Assembly (NCBI GenBank): GCA_963733195.1
Contig: CAVTCR010000045.1
Span: 1 to 64,000, forward strand
Length of the DNA: 64,000 nucleotides
From: an uncultured delta proteobacterium
Lineage (GTDB): Bacteria; Desulfobacterota; Binatia; Bin18
Reading direction: 5' to 3'
This document shows positions 9,977 through 21,442 of this stretch, one piece after another. A program made the translations under genes and the position numbers. The notes beneath the pieces were generated by a model. It was not told the DNA's origin. It did not search any database and worked only from the letters and a program-made list of their open reading frames with translations. Numbering within the stretch: position 1 is the stretch's first letter; every line of letters begins with the position of its first letter.

Positions 9977-11192
9977 TCAATCTGTCACAGCCGATTCTTG
10001 ATTACTGAGCGTCGTGGGTTGCAATCTGCGGGGCACCTTCTTTGTAAGCGGATAACAGAGCGCGATGAGTGCGATGTTCAGCAGTCCACCGCTCCAAAAG
10101 GCACTCTGCAAACTCCACTGTCGGGCAATCGCGCCAAATAACACCGGGCCGATCATCATACCCACACCATGAGCGAGCATGAGGAGACTCATCACGGTTC
10201 CCATGCCATAACCACGGGCTTGCTCCATTGCCAAAGCGACATGGGCGGGAAAGGCCAGACCGTACGCCGCCCCGACAAGAATGTTGAGAAAAAATAATTG
10301 CCAGAATCCCGTCGCCCACGGAAAGACACATAACGCCAGTGCACTGAGCAAACCGCCAATGCCAATCAAGTGAGCTTTACTCATACGGTCGGCAAGCCGA
10401 CCGCTAGGACTTTGGAGCAGTGCACTGACGATAACGTTGACGGACACCAGCAAACCAACTTGGGTGGTGCTCAATGGCAGCAAGTGCGTGGCGAGTAAAG
10501 GAAGGAAAACCCAGGTGAGCGCATTAGCCATCGCATAGCCCAGGCGAAACCCGGCAACCCCAGAATCGGCGGACACGGCAAGAGCGCCCATTGGGAAGTG
10601 GTGGCGGTGTGGCCCGTTTTTTTATGACTCTCTGCCTCGGGGAGAAAGAATGCCAGTAAAAGCAGCGCAAGAAGACTCAACCCTGCCATGACAAAAAAAT
10701 TCATCTCCATACTAAAGTGATCTTTCAGCAGGCCACCGAGTAAGGGTCCGCCACCAATCCCCTAAGCAGGGCAGTATTGATGTAGCCACTGTAGATTCCC
10801 TCCTGCCCTTTGGGGGCGATATCACCAACGTAGGCCATGGCGATGGGGTGAACGACGGCAGTAGCTGTGCCATGCGCGAGCATAACGAGAATGAACGCAA
10901 TGAAAGTTCCAGCAGGAATGTAGGCAAGGGAAGAGAGGATGTAACACAGCACTCCAAAGAGAAGGAATGCTTTACGATCCCAACGATCTGAGAGTTTGCC
11001 AACAAACGGGAGAATCACTATCCGTGTTGCGGCGTGGACGCTAAAGAGTAAGCCCGCACCAAACTCACTCACATGGAACTGCTGAACGTAGAGCGGAAGA
11101 AACGGCATGACCATGCTGTTACCGGCCATAGTGGAGAAGACAGCAAGAGAGAGCACGAGCAGGGCACGGTTTTGCATAGATATGTCGGTCAT
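9977..11192 (-). CDS. MFS transporter (split over three frames, probable sequence errors)
   Basis: Motif A twice (GKLSDRWDRK, GRLADRMSK); ORFs 10725-11192, 10471-10710 and 9977-10591 are collinear pieces. Confidence 0.85.
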
Positions 11193-11223
11193 ACCAAGAT
11201 ACAGATTGGCAGCTCAGCATGTT

Positions 11224-11283
11224 GGCGGGCACAGCCCGCCCTACGTGGCTGCGGGCCTGGTGTAGGGCAGGCTGCGCCTGCCG
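11224..11283. repeat. GTAG-family REP pair
   Basis: GGCGGGCACAGCCCGCCCTAC ... GTAGGGCAGGCTGCGCCTGCC in inverted orientation. Confidence 0.65.
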
Positions 11284-11429
11284 AGGAGAAAGGGACGGCC
11301 ACACCAGAGGCAAAGAACAATCGAGATCTTGGTGTGTTCTGCATGGAACATCTACTACCCGTCTCAAAGAGAATTCCTATATGAAAAAGAGACAACCAAC
11401 TCAGTCTGTCGCGACTGTTCGTGAGATGA

Positions 11430-12209
11430 TCAGCGGCTGGTTTTTTCCAAGCGCTCGGCTTGCCTGACAAGAGACCCGACCATATCCTGTAAATGGCGCA
11501 GACGATCGGCGAGACCATCTTCTCCCTCGGTCCCGCGCGTTACCAAGCAGCCACGTTCAATCAGCCCAACGAAAGCGGTGGCGATGTCATCCACCCGTTC
11601 TCCGCTGGTACTGTACCACTTATGAATCCAGGCACACATCCCAAGGATTGCATAAGCGGTCAGTTTGACATCCAGTTCACGAAAAATACCCTGCGTGATC
11701 CCTTCACGCAGAATGTTCTCCAGACCTGCTGCCACGCGTTGTCGTGCTTCGTTTACTTCCGCTCGTAAGCGATCGGGGAGATCGGCTTCTTCTCCGTAAA
11801 AGACGGTGAAGAGTGCGACGTTTTCGCCAATCGTACGGAGGAGGTGTTGTATGGCACGCCGAAGCTTCTCTTCTGGCGGAATTTGCGCGACGAGCAAGGG
11901 TTGGAGGCCAAGCGCGAATGTACCGGCGACTTTCAGAAAGATTTTTGCCAAGAGTTCCTGCTTGTTCTCGAAGTAGCGATACATGGACGCTTTCGCTACG
12001 CCTGCATGTCGCGCAATATCTTCTAACGTGGTTTGTCGATAGCCAGTATTGGCGAAGCGCTTGGCTGCAGTGTCGAGCAAATGTTCTTCAATGACGGTCC
12101 GGCGCGACAGCAACGGTTCCTCGTCTCCCCTCTGCGATGGAGGAATTCTAGTGCCTTTTGCTTTCTGGCGCGACCGAGACGAACGTGAAACTGCTGCAGA
12201 AAATACCAT
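11430..12209 (-). CDS. TetR/AcrR family transcriptional regulator (KstR2-like C-terminus)
   Basis: AAKRFANTGYRQTTLEDIARHAGVAKASMYRYFENK HTH; ILGMCAWIHKWY. Confidence 0.92.
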   Translation of the reverse strand: MVFSAAVSRSSRSRQKAKGTRIPPSQRGDEEPLLSRRTVIEEHLLDTAAKRFANTGYRQTTLEDIARHAGVAKASMYRYFENKQELLAKIFLKVAGTFALGLQPLLVAQIPPEEKLRRAIQHLLRTIGENVALFTVFYGEEADLPDRLRAEVNEARQRVAAGLENILREGITQGIFRELDVKLTAYAILGMCAWIHKWYSTSGERVDDIATAFVGLIERGCLVTRGTEGEDGLADRLRHLQDMVGSLVRQAERLEKTSR

Positions 12210-12348
12210 GATGATTATACCTTACTTGACTCATAAGTCTCAAAATTATACTCTCAAAATGTCTGAGAGAGTTTCAAAACTATACTACTTGGTCAGTTTC
12301 GACAACTATGCACCGAGGTCGGCCCGGTGACGCAAGGAGTAGCAAGCG

Positions 12349-13611
12349 ATGAACAGAACATTTGTATGGGCAGCCATTGTCATCGGCATCCTAACCTCCT
12401 TCCACTATGCCGCAGCGGAGACTGTGGTGTCCGAACCATTCCGATCAGCATTCTATCCGTATAGTCAGGAAACTGCACGTCACGAGGGCATTACCCCAGG
12501 AATGACCATCGGTCAACAGAACTGGCAAGTAGCGGAAAAAGTGCTCCCTGCGGAGATTCTCCGCGTGCTCCAAGCCGGTGACTTTACCATTACAGTACAA
12601 GAGACGACCGACTTGCCAGCGCGCGAAGCGTATGTGTCTGCGACAGAGCAATATGCAAGCGCTGTCTCACTTGACGGTGGCTATAGAGTACATAGTTATC
12701 AAGGCGGGCGCCCCTTTCCCATCATTGATCCGAGTGATCCTCGTGCAGGCGAGAAGGCCGCTTGGAACTTTCGCTACCGCGACATGCCGGATTCCATGGA
12801 AATGCGTGGGACTATGCAAGGAGTCAATAACGCCGGAACGATTGATCGTTCCAACATCGGTCGTATGCGTATCCGCTTTGGGATGTATCGCGTTGGTGAA
12901 GAAGAAAATGATCCCCAATGGCAAGAGCGCGGAGTTCATGCCAAAGCTATGTTCGAGTCGCTGGCGCCTTCAGACCAAGAAGGCAACATGCGGATCACAA
13001 CGTTGTATGATGACGGGAGTCAAGCCAACGACGATCTGAGTTACAGCCCACAAAACCGCCGTACTCGCAAAGGCTACATGAACATGCTCGCACGCATGGG
13101 TGGTGGACGGTATGACGTGCTTGCTGAAGAGCAACCCCCCTTCTTCTTTATCGGCTATCTGCACGAATACAATTGGACCCACAAAGGCGAACAGATTATG
13201 CTGGTGCCGGGATTTCTTCGTGCCGATAACCTCACATTTAGTGGGAAAAGCAATTGGTATCCAAATGCCCCGTGGGAACTGCGTCGCGTCATTGTCCTTG
13301 AAGCGACGCCGAAAGGGCAGCACCCGTATAGCAAACGGATCTTTTATCTTGATGCCCAGACCTACACGCCTTTCTCTGTTCTGAGTTATGGTCTTCAGGG
13401 CGAACTGGTTCGTCTCTCGCTCATCGTGCACGGCAATCCGGACTTTGTTCCGGGAGCACGTGGGATTCGCCTGCCGGTACCGCTCGGTGCTGCGTGGGTG
13501 AATTTTTCTCAGAATCAGGCCTCGCAGATGGTTGCAGGAGGGCCCCTCTTCAAGCAGGACTATTCCCCGCGACGGTTTGAGTTGATGGAACTATTGCGCA
13601 GAGGGAAATAA
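12349..13611 (+). CDS. DUF1329 / outer-membrane lipoprotein-sorting-like secreted protein
   Basis: Signal peptide; GRPFP.IDPSDPRAGEKAAWNF; WELRRVIVLEATPK..HPYSKRIFYLDAQ. Confidence 0.85.
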   Translation: MNRTFVWAAIVIGILTSFHYAAAETVVSEPFRSAFYPYSQETARHEGITPGMTIGQQNWQVAEKVLPAEILRVLQAGDFTITVQETTDLPAREAYVSATEQYASAVSLDGGYRVHSYQGGRPFPIIDPSDPRAGEKAAWNFRYRDMPDSMEMRGTMQGVNNAGTIDRSNIGRMRIRFGMYRVGEEENDPQWQERGVHAKAMFESLAPSDQEGNMRITTLYDDGSQANDDLSYSPQNRRTRKGYMNMLARMGGGRYDVLAEEQPPFFFIGYLHEYNWTHKGEQIMLVPGFLRADNLTFSGKSNWYPNAPWELRRVIVLEATPKGQHPYSKRIFYLDAQTYTPFSVLSYGLQGELVRLSLIVHGNPDFVPGARGIRLPVPLGAAWVNFSQNQASQMVAGGPLFKQDYSPRRFELMELLRRGK

Positions 13612-13897
13612 CAGGCCATGGGCTGAAGGGGAAGGCAACGAAACTGCTCAAGCCCGAATGGTCAGTCTGTCGCCTTCCCTCAGGCTAACAACTCCTTCCA
13701 GCCTCCTCCTCTCTCCCTTATCTTGTTATCTTTTATCCTCAATTCACCTTCAGTCTACAACTTATAGCCTGTCCGTTGCCCCTTTTCTCATCCCTCCAGC
13801 CTACACCCTGTAGCTTATTGGTCCTCTCCTTCCTCTCCCTAGTTGCTCTCTGCTACGGTAGGAGAAAAGCAACCACAAAACGGAGTGAATAACGCAT

Positions 13898-15691
13898 ATG
13901 AAAAAAATCTTTGTGCGCATACTGGCGACGATTGGCGCCGTCACTGTTTGTTTGATGCTGTTAGGAATTCTCAGCATGAGTTTGTTGATGCGTCGATTGA
14001 CCGGTGACGGTATTCCGGCCAAAACCGTGCTGGTGATCAACTTAGAGCAAGGTTTGGTTGAATACGTTCCTGATGGCTCAATGGTTGGTGTCTTCTCGCG
14101 CAGGGTGCCAACCGTTCGCGATGTGGTTGATGCCTTAGATGAAGCTGCTCGCGACGAACGTGTAGTGGCAGTTCTGGCTAGGGTCGGGAGTCGGGGGCTC
14201 GGATTAGCACAGATTCAAGAGGTTCGTGATGCTGTGCTGAAGTTTCGGCAATCGGAGAAACCGACGATTGCGTATGCGGAAACGTTTGGTGAGGCGGGAC
14301 CAGGGACCGGCGCATACTATCTTGCTACCGCTTTCGAGAGCATTCACCTGCAACCTTCTGGTGATGTAGGTCTCTCGGGGTTAATTGCTGAATCCCCTTT
14401 CATTCGCGGGACACTGGATAAAATCGGCTTAGAGCCACGCTTTGCCCAGCGGCGTGAGTATAAGAATGCGATGAATGTGTTTACGGAGCGGAAGTTTACC
14501 GGGCCACATCGGGAAGCAACCCAGAAAGTAATAGACTCGCAGTTTGGACAGATCGTCAAAGGTATCGCGACAGCGCGTGCGCTCAGCGAAGAGGCTGTGC
14601 GCGTACTCATTGACAAAGGCCCCCTCTCTAGCCAACAGGCACTCGACGGCAAGCTCGTTGATGGTCTTGCCTACCGAGATGAGGTGATTGCGAAACTGAA
14701 AGAGAAAGTCGGGAAGGATGTCAAAGCGTTATCGTTCACCAAATATTTGGCGCGCGCCGGGCGGCCGCATGAGAGTGGCAAAACCATTGCGCTCATTTAC
14801 GGTGTCGGAGGCGTACAACGCGGAAAAGGCGGATACGACCCGATGTCGGGCAGTGTGAGTATGGGGGCAGATTCGGTGACTGCTGCCTTCCGTTCTGCCG
14901 TCGAGGATAAAGAAGTTAAGGCAATCTTGTTTCGTATCGATAGCCCAGGTGGATCGTATGTCGCTTCTGACACGATTTGGCGTGAGACGCTGCGGGCGAA
15001 GGAGGCTGGCAAACCTGTAATTGCGTCGATGGGAGACGTTGCCGGGTCGGGTGGTTATTTTGTGGCAATGGCAGCAGACAAAATCGTCGCGCAACCCGGA
15101 ACGATTACTGGCTCAATCGGTGTGCTCTCCGGCAAAATGCTCACGAATGGTTTCTGGGACAAGGTGGGAGTGTCCTGGGATGAAGTTCACACTACTGAGA
15201 ACGCGTTATTGTGGACAAGTCGACACGATTACACGCCGTCACAATGGACGCAGTTTCAGTCCTCGCTTGACCGCATTTACGAGGACTTTACTAGCAAGGC
15301 AGCACAGGGAAGAAATCTGTCGAAGGACAAAATTCTCGCTGCGGCAAAAGGGCGCATCTGGACCGGAGAAGATGCGAAAGCACTAGGGCTGGTTGATGAA
15401 TTGGGGGGATTTCCTCTAGCCTTGCGTCTCGCAAAAGAAGCTGCTGGGATGACAGAAGATACAGAAGTCCGGGTCGAGGTTTTCCCACGACAGAAGCCGA
15501 CCTTGCGGCAAGTGTTAATGGAACGCATTTTTGAAGACGATACTGAGGAAGAAGAAGGTGCTGCCGCACCTACAGAAGCACTCACGCAAAGTTTGCAAAA
15601 ACTCCAGCCGCTGTTTCAACTTGCTCACCAACTGGGTCTCACCTCAACTTCTGAGGTGTTGAGCATGCCGGAAGTTGAGATTGTGTATTAG
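13898..15691 (+). CDS. sppA: signal peptide peptidase SppA (protease IV, long form)
   Basis: N-terminal TM; RIDSPGGS, SMGDVAGSGGY, TITGSIGV, GRIWTGEDA..LGLVDELGG. Confidence 0.95.
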   Translation: MKKIFVRILATIGAVTVCLMLLGILSMSLLMRRLTGDGIPAKTVLVINLEQGLVEYVPDGSMVGVFSRRVPTVRDVVDALDEAARDERVVAVLARVGSRGLGLAQIQEVRDAVLKFRQSEKPTIAYAETFGEAGPGTGAYYLATAFESIHLQPSGDVGLSGLIAESPFIRGTLDKIGLEPRFAQRREYKNAMNVFTERKFTGPHREATQKVIDSQFGQIVKGIATARALSEEAVRVLIDKGPLSSQQALDGKLVDGLAYRDEVIAKLKEKVGKDVKALSFTKYLARAGRPHESGKTIALIYGVGGVQRGKGGYDPMSGSVSMGADSVTAAFRSAVEDKEVKAILFRIDSPGGSYVASDTIWRETLRAKEAGKPVIASMGDVAGSGGYFVAMAADKIVAQPGTITGSIGVLSGKMLTNGFWDKVGVSWDEVHTTENALLWTSRHDYTPSQWTQFQSSLDRIYEDFTSKAAQGRNLSKDKILAAAKGRIWTGEDAKALGLVDELGGFPLALRLAKEAAGMTEDTEVRVEVFPRQKPTLRQVLMERIFEDDTEEEEGAAAPTEALTQSLQKLQPLFQLAHQLGLTSTSEVLSMPEVEIVY

Positions 15692-15790
15692 AAACCTGTC
15701 TGAAAACTGGGAAACCCCTGTCGTTGCGAGGAGCCCTTCGACTCCGCGGCACTCTGTTCGGGATAAACTTCGTGACAAAGCAATCTTCGC
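15690..15790. repeat. REP/MITE-like remnant related to 9670-9959
   Basis: AGAAACCTGTCTGAAAACT end, then GTCGTTGCGAGGAGCCCTTCGACT..GTGACAAAGCAATCT. Confidence 0.55.
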
Positions 15791-15811
15791 CAGTACGAAT
15801 TTCTGTAGTAG

Positions 15812-16612
15812 ATGAATAATGGGATTGCCATGAACGAATACGGACGGACCGGGGCCTCGTTCTACGATTTTTATTCCCTCGGATTAGAAGGAGACGTACA
15901 GTTCTACCTTGAGGAAGCACGTAAGGCCGGTGCGCCGATGCTGGAAATTGGCTGTGGTACAGGACGTATTCTCTTACCAATTGCCCAAGCGGGAAACGCC
16001 GTGGTTGGTCTCGACCGTTCCCCGGAAATGCTCGCGGGCCTGCGACGCAAGCTTGCCAAACTGACTCCTGAGGTCCAAGCGCGTGTCGAACTCGTTGAAG
16101 GTGATATGCGAGATTTCTCGTTGGACAGACGCTTCAGCCTGATTACGATCCCCTATCGCGCCTTCCTGCATTTGCTGACGCCAAAAGCTCAGCGCCAAGC
16201 GTTGGAATGCATTCGTGAGCATTTGGCTGACGACGGACGCTTGATCTTCAACATCTTTGATCCCAGCTACGAAATGATTACTTCTTATTTGAGCCTGACG
16301 GGATCAGGCCTCAAACGCGATAGCGACTTTATCCATCCAGAAACAGGGAATCGAGTCATTGTCTGGTACACTGGCCAGTATGACCCTGAGATCCAGCTCC
16401 TCAATGCCTATTTCATTTTTGAAGAAATCGATAACGACGGAAAAGTCCTCCAGAAGACATACAATCCTCTCACCCTTCGCTATATCCACCGCTACGAGAT
16501 GCGTTATCTGTTGGAACTCAGCGGCTATAAAGTCGAAGCCCTCTACGGTGATTTCCAACGCGGCCCTTTCCGCTACAGCGGTGAACAGATCTGGATTGTG
16601 CGGAAAGCGTAG
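15812..16612 (+). CDS. class I SAM-dependent methyltransferase
   Basis: LEIGCGTGR motif I, GLDRSPEML, GDMRDF. Confidence 0.92.
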   Translation: MNNGIAMNEYGRTGASFYDFYSLGLEGDVQFYLEEARKAGAPMLEIGCGTGRILLPIAQAGNAVVGLDRSPEMLAGLRRKLAKLTPEVQARVELVEGDMRDFSLDRRFSLITIPYRAFLHLLTPKAQRQALECIREHLADDGRLIFNIFDPSYEMITSYLSLTGSGLKRDSDFIHPETGNRVIVWYTGQYDPEIQLLNAYFIFEEIDNDGKVLQKTYNPLTLRYIHRYEMRYLLELSGYKVEALYGDFQRGPFRYSGEQIWIVRKA

Positions 16613-16723
16613 CGAATTTTCTGCTCACTGATCTTCAGATTTCCTTCACAACTGCAATATGATAGAAAAGGATTCTGCGTTTAGGGGGATAGGGAATCTT
16701 CCGCAGAGGTAAGGGAGGCTGCG

Positions 16724-16969
16724 GTGACGGAAGAAAAGGGTAAATATTTCTATTACTGTACTAACTGTGAGCAACAGATTTCGGCACTCGCGACCGGAGT
16801 TTGCCCGCTATGTAATTCACAAGCAGTTATGCCAATAGGATGGGATCAAGTCTCCCCGCAGGAACGAAGCGACTGGTTCAAACGCATCAGTGGCGGGCGG
16901 CGAAGCCTGCCTGCTCGTGCGCACATGCCCCAGCAGCACCAACAGATCACAGACAAGTCTAAAGTGTAG
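16724..16969 (+). CDS. small zinc-ribbon protein
   Basis: CTNC...CPLC; GGGAGG RBS before GTG. Confidence 0.6.
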   Translation: MTEEKGKYFYYCTNCEQQISALATGVCPLCNSQAVMPIGWDQVSPQERSDWFKRISGGRRSLPARAHMPQQHQQITDKSKV

Positions 16970-17023
16970 ACACGCGGGGTACACTGTTTAGCGCACCCCG
17001 CAAATAAGCGCAAAGCGTGGAGG

Positions 17024-17783
17024 CTACGCCGCGAGCCGCCGGCTGCCTTGCGTGACCGGTACCAACGGGTCCATCGCGAAGCGTAACTTCGGCAGGTCTG
17101 TGTCACAACGACAGAACGTTGCATGCATGGGATTCGTGCATTGCAGCTTCCCATCAGCTCCCCATGCCTCTGACTGGAGGGAGATCAAGTGCGGTTTCCC
17201 CCGTTGGGCACTGTGGAAAACATATTCAGGATCGACCTGCACGAGCAGCTGATGTTTCTTTTCCATTTTCGACGATGCGTGCGAGATTCAGGTTATCGAG
17301 GTAAGTGACATCACTACCAGAGACCTGTTCGGGATTCTCTAACTCCATATTCAGAATCGTTTGTCCTCCACTTGCCACTGTCCCGATCACGCGATCGTGC
17401 CGTGATTGAAGCGTCAGGGTACCAATGCCAACTGAGAATCCCCATCGCGCTCGCAATTCACTCGCAGCCTTCTCTGAGTCAGTATACGCCCCTAAGAGAT
17501 AGCCACGTGGTCGGATGCCAGCACGTACGACGAGTCGGACTTGCGCAAGCATAAACGGACCGACTGGACTGATGGGAAAGCGAGCAACTGAGAGTGCCGC
17601 ATACGGTGGAATACTGGGATGCAGGGCAGGTGGCACCAGCCACTCAGCTGGGGCTTCGACGACTTCAAAGGCGAGGTGGAGAATTTCCGCATTCTTCAAC
17701 TCCCACATGTTAGTGTCGAACCCGCTCATGAGTGGAGCACGAGTCGCAGCAGTCTGCACATCTTGTTTTCCAAAGATCGGCAT
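17024..17783 (-). CDS. acetoacetate decarboxylase-like family protein (frameshift near 17240)
   Basis: WLVPPALHPSIPP..SPVGPFMLAQVR; continues in ORF 17024-17266 (LLVQVDPEYVFH..DLPKLRF); 1-nt TAATG overlap with the LLM gene. Confidence 0.75.
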
Positions 17784-18892
17784 TAGCGGCTTCCTCCTGC
17801 TGCGGCGCGAGCATGTGACTCGGCGAATGCTGGCATCACTTCCTTGGCAAACAGCCGGAGGCTGTTGAGCACCTGCTCTTGCGGAATATTCTCAGCCGCG
17901 TTGAGGAGGAAATTCACGCGATCAACACCACAGGCTTCCCATTTCCTCAATTCGTTGATGAGGTGGGCCGGGTTCCCGACCGCGATACCTTCCGGAGCTT
18001 TTGCTTGTTCCCCTGGACTACTCGCTTGTCGTCGCAGTGAAGGGAGCAGGCCAGCGGAAGGGTAGGATTTGGTTGGTACTGCCTCTTTAGCCATGTCGAG
18101 CTGCGCTGCCAGATAATTGAAATACTGAATCATACGCATGCCGACCTTCGTCCCAGTTTCACTCTCTTCGTGGCAGTAGAGAAAGTTCACCGTATTCACT
18201 TGATTGTTGACAAAGCCACCAACCGGATTGCAGTTCTGAATGCGACGACGATATTCCTTCACTTTTGCTTCTTGCTCAGCAAACGAGGTGAAGGTGACTC
18301 CTAAGCTACCAATGCCACGGTCGCCAGCGTCGAGTTCAGTCCCAGGGCTGGTGACTGCCACCCACATCGGCGGGTGGGGTTTCTGGTATGGCTTTGGTAA
18401 CACTGCACGTGAGGGCATCGAGAAATAACGACCTTCATAGCTGAAACGCTCTTGCATCCACATTTTGGGGATGCAGTGGACGAACTCGTCCCAACTCTTC
18501 TTCGTTTCATCAGGATTGGCGCGAAATCCGCCCAGCTCGGTCCAGGTAGCAGAGCGACCAGTACCGAATTCGAGACGCCCACCAGAAAGAATATCCAGCA
18601 CAGCAGCACGTTCGGCGATGCGAATCGGATGATTGAACTCGGGCACGCAAATCACAATGCCGTGCCCGACGTGAATATCCTTCGTCTGCATGGCACAAGC
18701 AGTGAGAAATAATTCTGGAGCAGAGCAGTGCGAGTATTCTTCGAGGAAATGGTGCTCCACTGCCCAGACTTGGTCGAAGCCAAGTTCATCAGCCAAGCGT
18801 ACTTGCTCTAAAGCATTCATGTACACTTTGCGCTCAGCCTCTTGATCCCACGGGCGTGGAACGGAAAGTTCGTAAAAGATCCCAAATTTCAT
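17783..18892 (-). CDS. LLM class flavin-dependent oxidoreductase
   Basis: MKFGIF, ADELGFDQVWAVEHHF, LDILSGGRLEFGTGR, PKPYQKPHPPMW. Confidence 0.93.
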   Translation of the reverse strand: MKFGIFYELSVPRPWDQEAERKVYMNALEQVRLADELGFDQVWAVEHHFLEEYSHCSAPELFLTACAMQTKDIHVGHGIVICVPEFNHPIRIAERAAVLDILSGGRLEFGTGRSATWTELGGFRANPDETKKSWDEFVHCIPKMWMQERFSYEGRYFSMPSRAVLPKPYQKPHPPMWVAVTSPGTELDAGDRGIGSLGVTFTSFAEQEAKVKEYRRRIQNCNPVGGFVNNQVNTVNFLYCHEESETGTKVGMRMIQYFNYLAAQLDMAKEAVPTKSYPSAGLLPSLRRQASSPGEQAKAPEGIAVGNPAHLINELRKWEACGVDRVNFLLNAAENIPQEQVLNSLRLFAKEVMPAFAESHARAAAGGSR

Positions 18893-19071
18893 AATTTCCT
18901 CCTTTGCTTACGGTTGGCATTCAGCATTAAGCGTTCAGTTTCCTTTTCCTGGCTGACGACTGACTGATGGCTTCCTTCTGCTTTAGCGCATTTCGCGCAG
19001 TAGGGTAAAGAGGGCGAAACTAAACTGGAGTGCATGACATTCGTACACTTGACGAAGTGCCCACTCAGTTG

Positions 19072-19918
19072 GGTAGTGCTATCCAGGTAAGGCTGCACCT
19101 TTGGTGAGGTTGTAATCACAAATGAAGTACTTAATGGCGCCGATATGATTAGCCAGTTTCTTCGAGAACGATAACGTGGCACGCACGAGTCGGGAGACCC
19201 GCTGCCGCAACGTGCAGTTGAAGCGTTCGACATGATTAGTCTTCCGAGCCAACTTGGTAATGGCACGGTGTTGCGCTGGGGGAATGACATCTTTATAGAC
19301 TTCGTAACAATCAGTGTAGAACATGGCCTGCTCTTGATACTCTGTCGGAATCTTATCCCATAAGGCTTCCGCGCTCTGGCGACTGCGATCTCCCACATGG
19401 AAGGCAAGGATTTGGCGAGTGACGGCGTCCATGGCAATCCAGACCCATTGCCGATTCGCCTTCTTCCCGACAGAGCTCCAGAGCTCGTCTACCTCGGCTT
19501 CCAGCCGGTGCAGAATCACTCTTTGAGCGCCTGCAGTCGACTGGACATACAGATGCTCCGGAGCTGCGGTAAAGCGTTCGACCATGAAATACAAGAGCCA
19601 GCGGAGGCCTACTCCTATCGCACGGCAGATCCCGCGCAACGAGATTCTCTCCAACAACAGTCGCTCAATCAGCGCGCGTTGCTCCTCCGTGATGACACGA
19701 TTTTCTGGAACCAGAACAAAAGCACGTCCACAGGCCTTGCACTTGTAGTTTTGTTTGCCCGTATGAATGCGGCCATTCCGCTTATACTGCCGCGATCCAC
19801 ATTGTGGACACGCTTCTCTTATGATCATCGTGCTACCTCTCGCTTCCCCTCTACCAATGTACGGTTCTGGCCAAGAAGAGCACGAATACTACGAGAGCCT
19901 TACCTGGATAGCACCACC
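19072..19918 (-). mobile_element. IS1 family insertion sequence
   Basis: 23-bp IRs GGTAGTGCTATCCAGGTAAGGCT (19072) / AGCCTTACCTGGATAGCACCACC (to 19918) around a transposase. Confidence 0.92.
19079..19828 (-). CDS. IS1 family transposase (InsA-InsB in one frame)
   Basis: CPQC..YKCKAC zinc finger, HTH, EVDELWS, YTDCY, TNHVERFNCTLRQR. Confidence 0.93.
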   Translation of the reverse strand: MIIREACPQCGSRQYKRNGRIHTGKQNYKCKACGRAFVLVPENRVITEEQRALIERLLLERISLRGICRAIGVGLRWLLYFMVERFTAAPEHLYVQSTAGAQRVILHRLEAEVDELWSSVGKKANRQWVWIAMDAVTRQILAFHVGDRSRQSAEALWDKIPTEYQEQAMFYTDCYEVYKDVIPPAQHRAITKLARKTNHVERFNCTLRQRVSRLVRATLSFSKKLANHIGAIKYFICDYNLTKGAALPG

Positions 19919-20412
19919 CATGAAATTTCTTGAGAAAATTGAGGTATACAAAGACCGTCTTATCCTTAGCTCACAAGTTGAAATGGAGTACAAAAAGAAT
20001 CGGCAAACTGTCATTTTGGACAGTCTCGGTAAATGTGCTACTCCGGACTGGGGAAAGCTCATAATCCCAGCTCTAGTGTCAGAGACACGAGCCGCCGAAA
20101 TGATCAAAAAGAATAAAAAAGAAATAACAAAACAGCAAAAGCTCATATCAGAAAAAATTCGAAACATCCTCGAAAAACCCACAAATCACGACGAGATTTA
20201 TAAATTACTTCAGCGAATTTTTAAACACAAATCAGACTTTAATCTAAATCGTGGATCAAAACGCCGCTTTGCAATTCGTCGTTCAGCTAGAAAGAGATTT
20301 TGTTTAGGTTACCCACCAAAAAAGAAAGACGATAACTCGGTTGGCGATGCTATTAACTGGGAATAGATCGTTCAATGCGCAATAGATAGTGGGAAGGATA
20401 TTGTGATTGTCA
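19919..20412 (+). pseudogene. PIN-like (DUF4935-type) nuclease fragment
   Basis: LILSSQVEMEYKKNR..GYPPKKKDDNSVGDAINWE*IVQCA..DIVIVS; N-terminus cut by IS1, TAG at 20364; AT-rich. Confidence 0.65.
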
Positions 20413-21053
20413 GCCAAACCTCATAACTGTGCCCCCAAAGACAGCAGGGAGCAGACCCGACGCAAAAGATGTTATTACCACAATGGGTTTCGCCAATATT
20501 ATCCCTAGCGGATCGCTGTCCGCCATTAAATAATCCACTATCGCTAAGCGGAATGAGGGAACAGTAAAGAATAATATTTCGTATACGACTGAGACCATAA
20601 TTAGAGAAGCCCCTATTACCCCTATCAGTAGTTTGCTGTCTATACGTAGTTTGATTGGCCTCGCTTCTCTTTCGCGGAGGATCATATCTATTTCATGAAG
20701 TGCATCCGTTTGCCGTTGCTCAATCGGATTTCGTCGCGCAAAAGCCTCAACAAAAGGGTACGCCAGAACAAGCGAACCAAGGCCAAGAATCAGCTCGGAA
20801 AGATTTGTATTGCCGTGCATGTAATACCACAGAGCGAACCCGGCAATCCCCAATTCAGCAATGAGCCAAACGACAAAAAAACGTTTGAGCTTAGATTTTC
20901 TCTAGCCGGATAGAACTACCTTGCGATGCACTTGCTCATCGTAAAGCTCATCGTTCGTACACTGAGTAAGCAGCTTATTAGGTTGGCTCGTCTCATCGTG
21001 AATATGCAAGCTGCCCCCTACATTGATGTCATGACCCGCTTTAAAATCACGCA
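20410..21053 (-). pseudogene. degraded hypothetical membrane protein
   Basis: ORF 20410-20853 is hydrophobic; an upstream ATG at 21053 (MRDFKAGHDINV) joins it only through frameshifts and a stop. Confidence 0.45.
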
Positions 21054-21408
21054 TAGTTTCTCGCTTACCCGACTTTGTCTAGTTATGAGGTCTACCTTTC
21101 AACACCCATTAACGCAGTATGAAGCATACCAACAAACTGTGGTGGCTGATAGCATCGCTGGCAAACAAAAGGCGGGGGGTTATTTTCCACAACGAAATTA
21201 TCACATGTTGTCATACGGTCAAAAGGCACCTTAAGGTGGAGGTGAAAAAGCCGCCTATACTGTCAACAATCTCATGAAAGAAGACAGGGAAAGAAATCTA
21301 TCGGGAATTGCATTAGCGTTGATGCCGTCGAGAAGGCTTGCCGGCCAGCGTGCTGGTGAGGCCGTGAACTGAATGGCGATGAATAAAAGCCCCGCCTTCA
21401 TTTTTTCT

Positions 21409-21437
21409 TTGACATGCGACATGTGACACGCTACAGT
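21409..21437 (+). promoter_or_regulatory. sigma70 promoter of higBA (probably leaderless)
   Basis: TTGACA-17 nt-TACAGT, 5 nt before ATG 21443; no RBS. Confidence 0.7.
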
Positions 21438-21442
21438 TTCTT

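Noticed and set aside
12225-12280. TetR operator palindrome between tetR and the DUF1329 gene
   Set aside because: TGACTCATAAGTCTCA and TGAGAGAGTTTCA are too imperfect to call without homolog alignment
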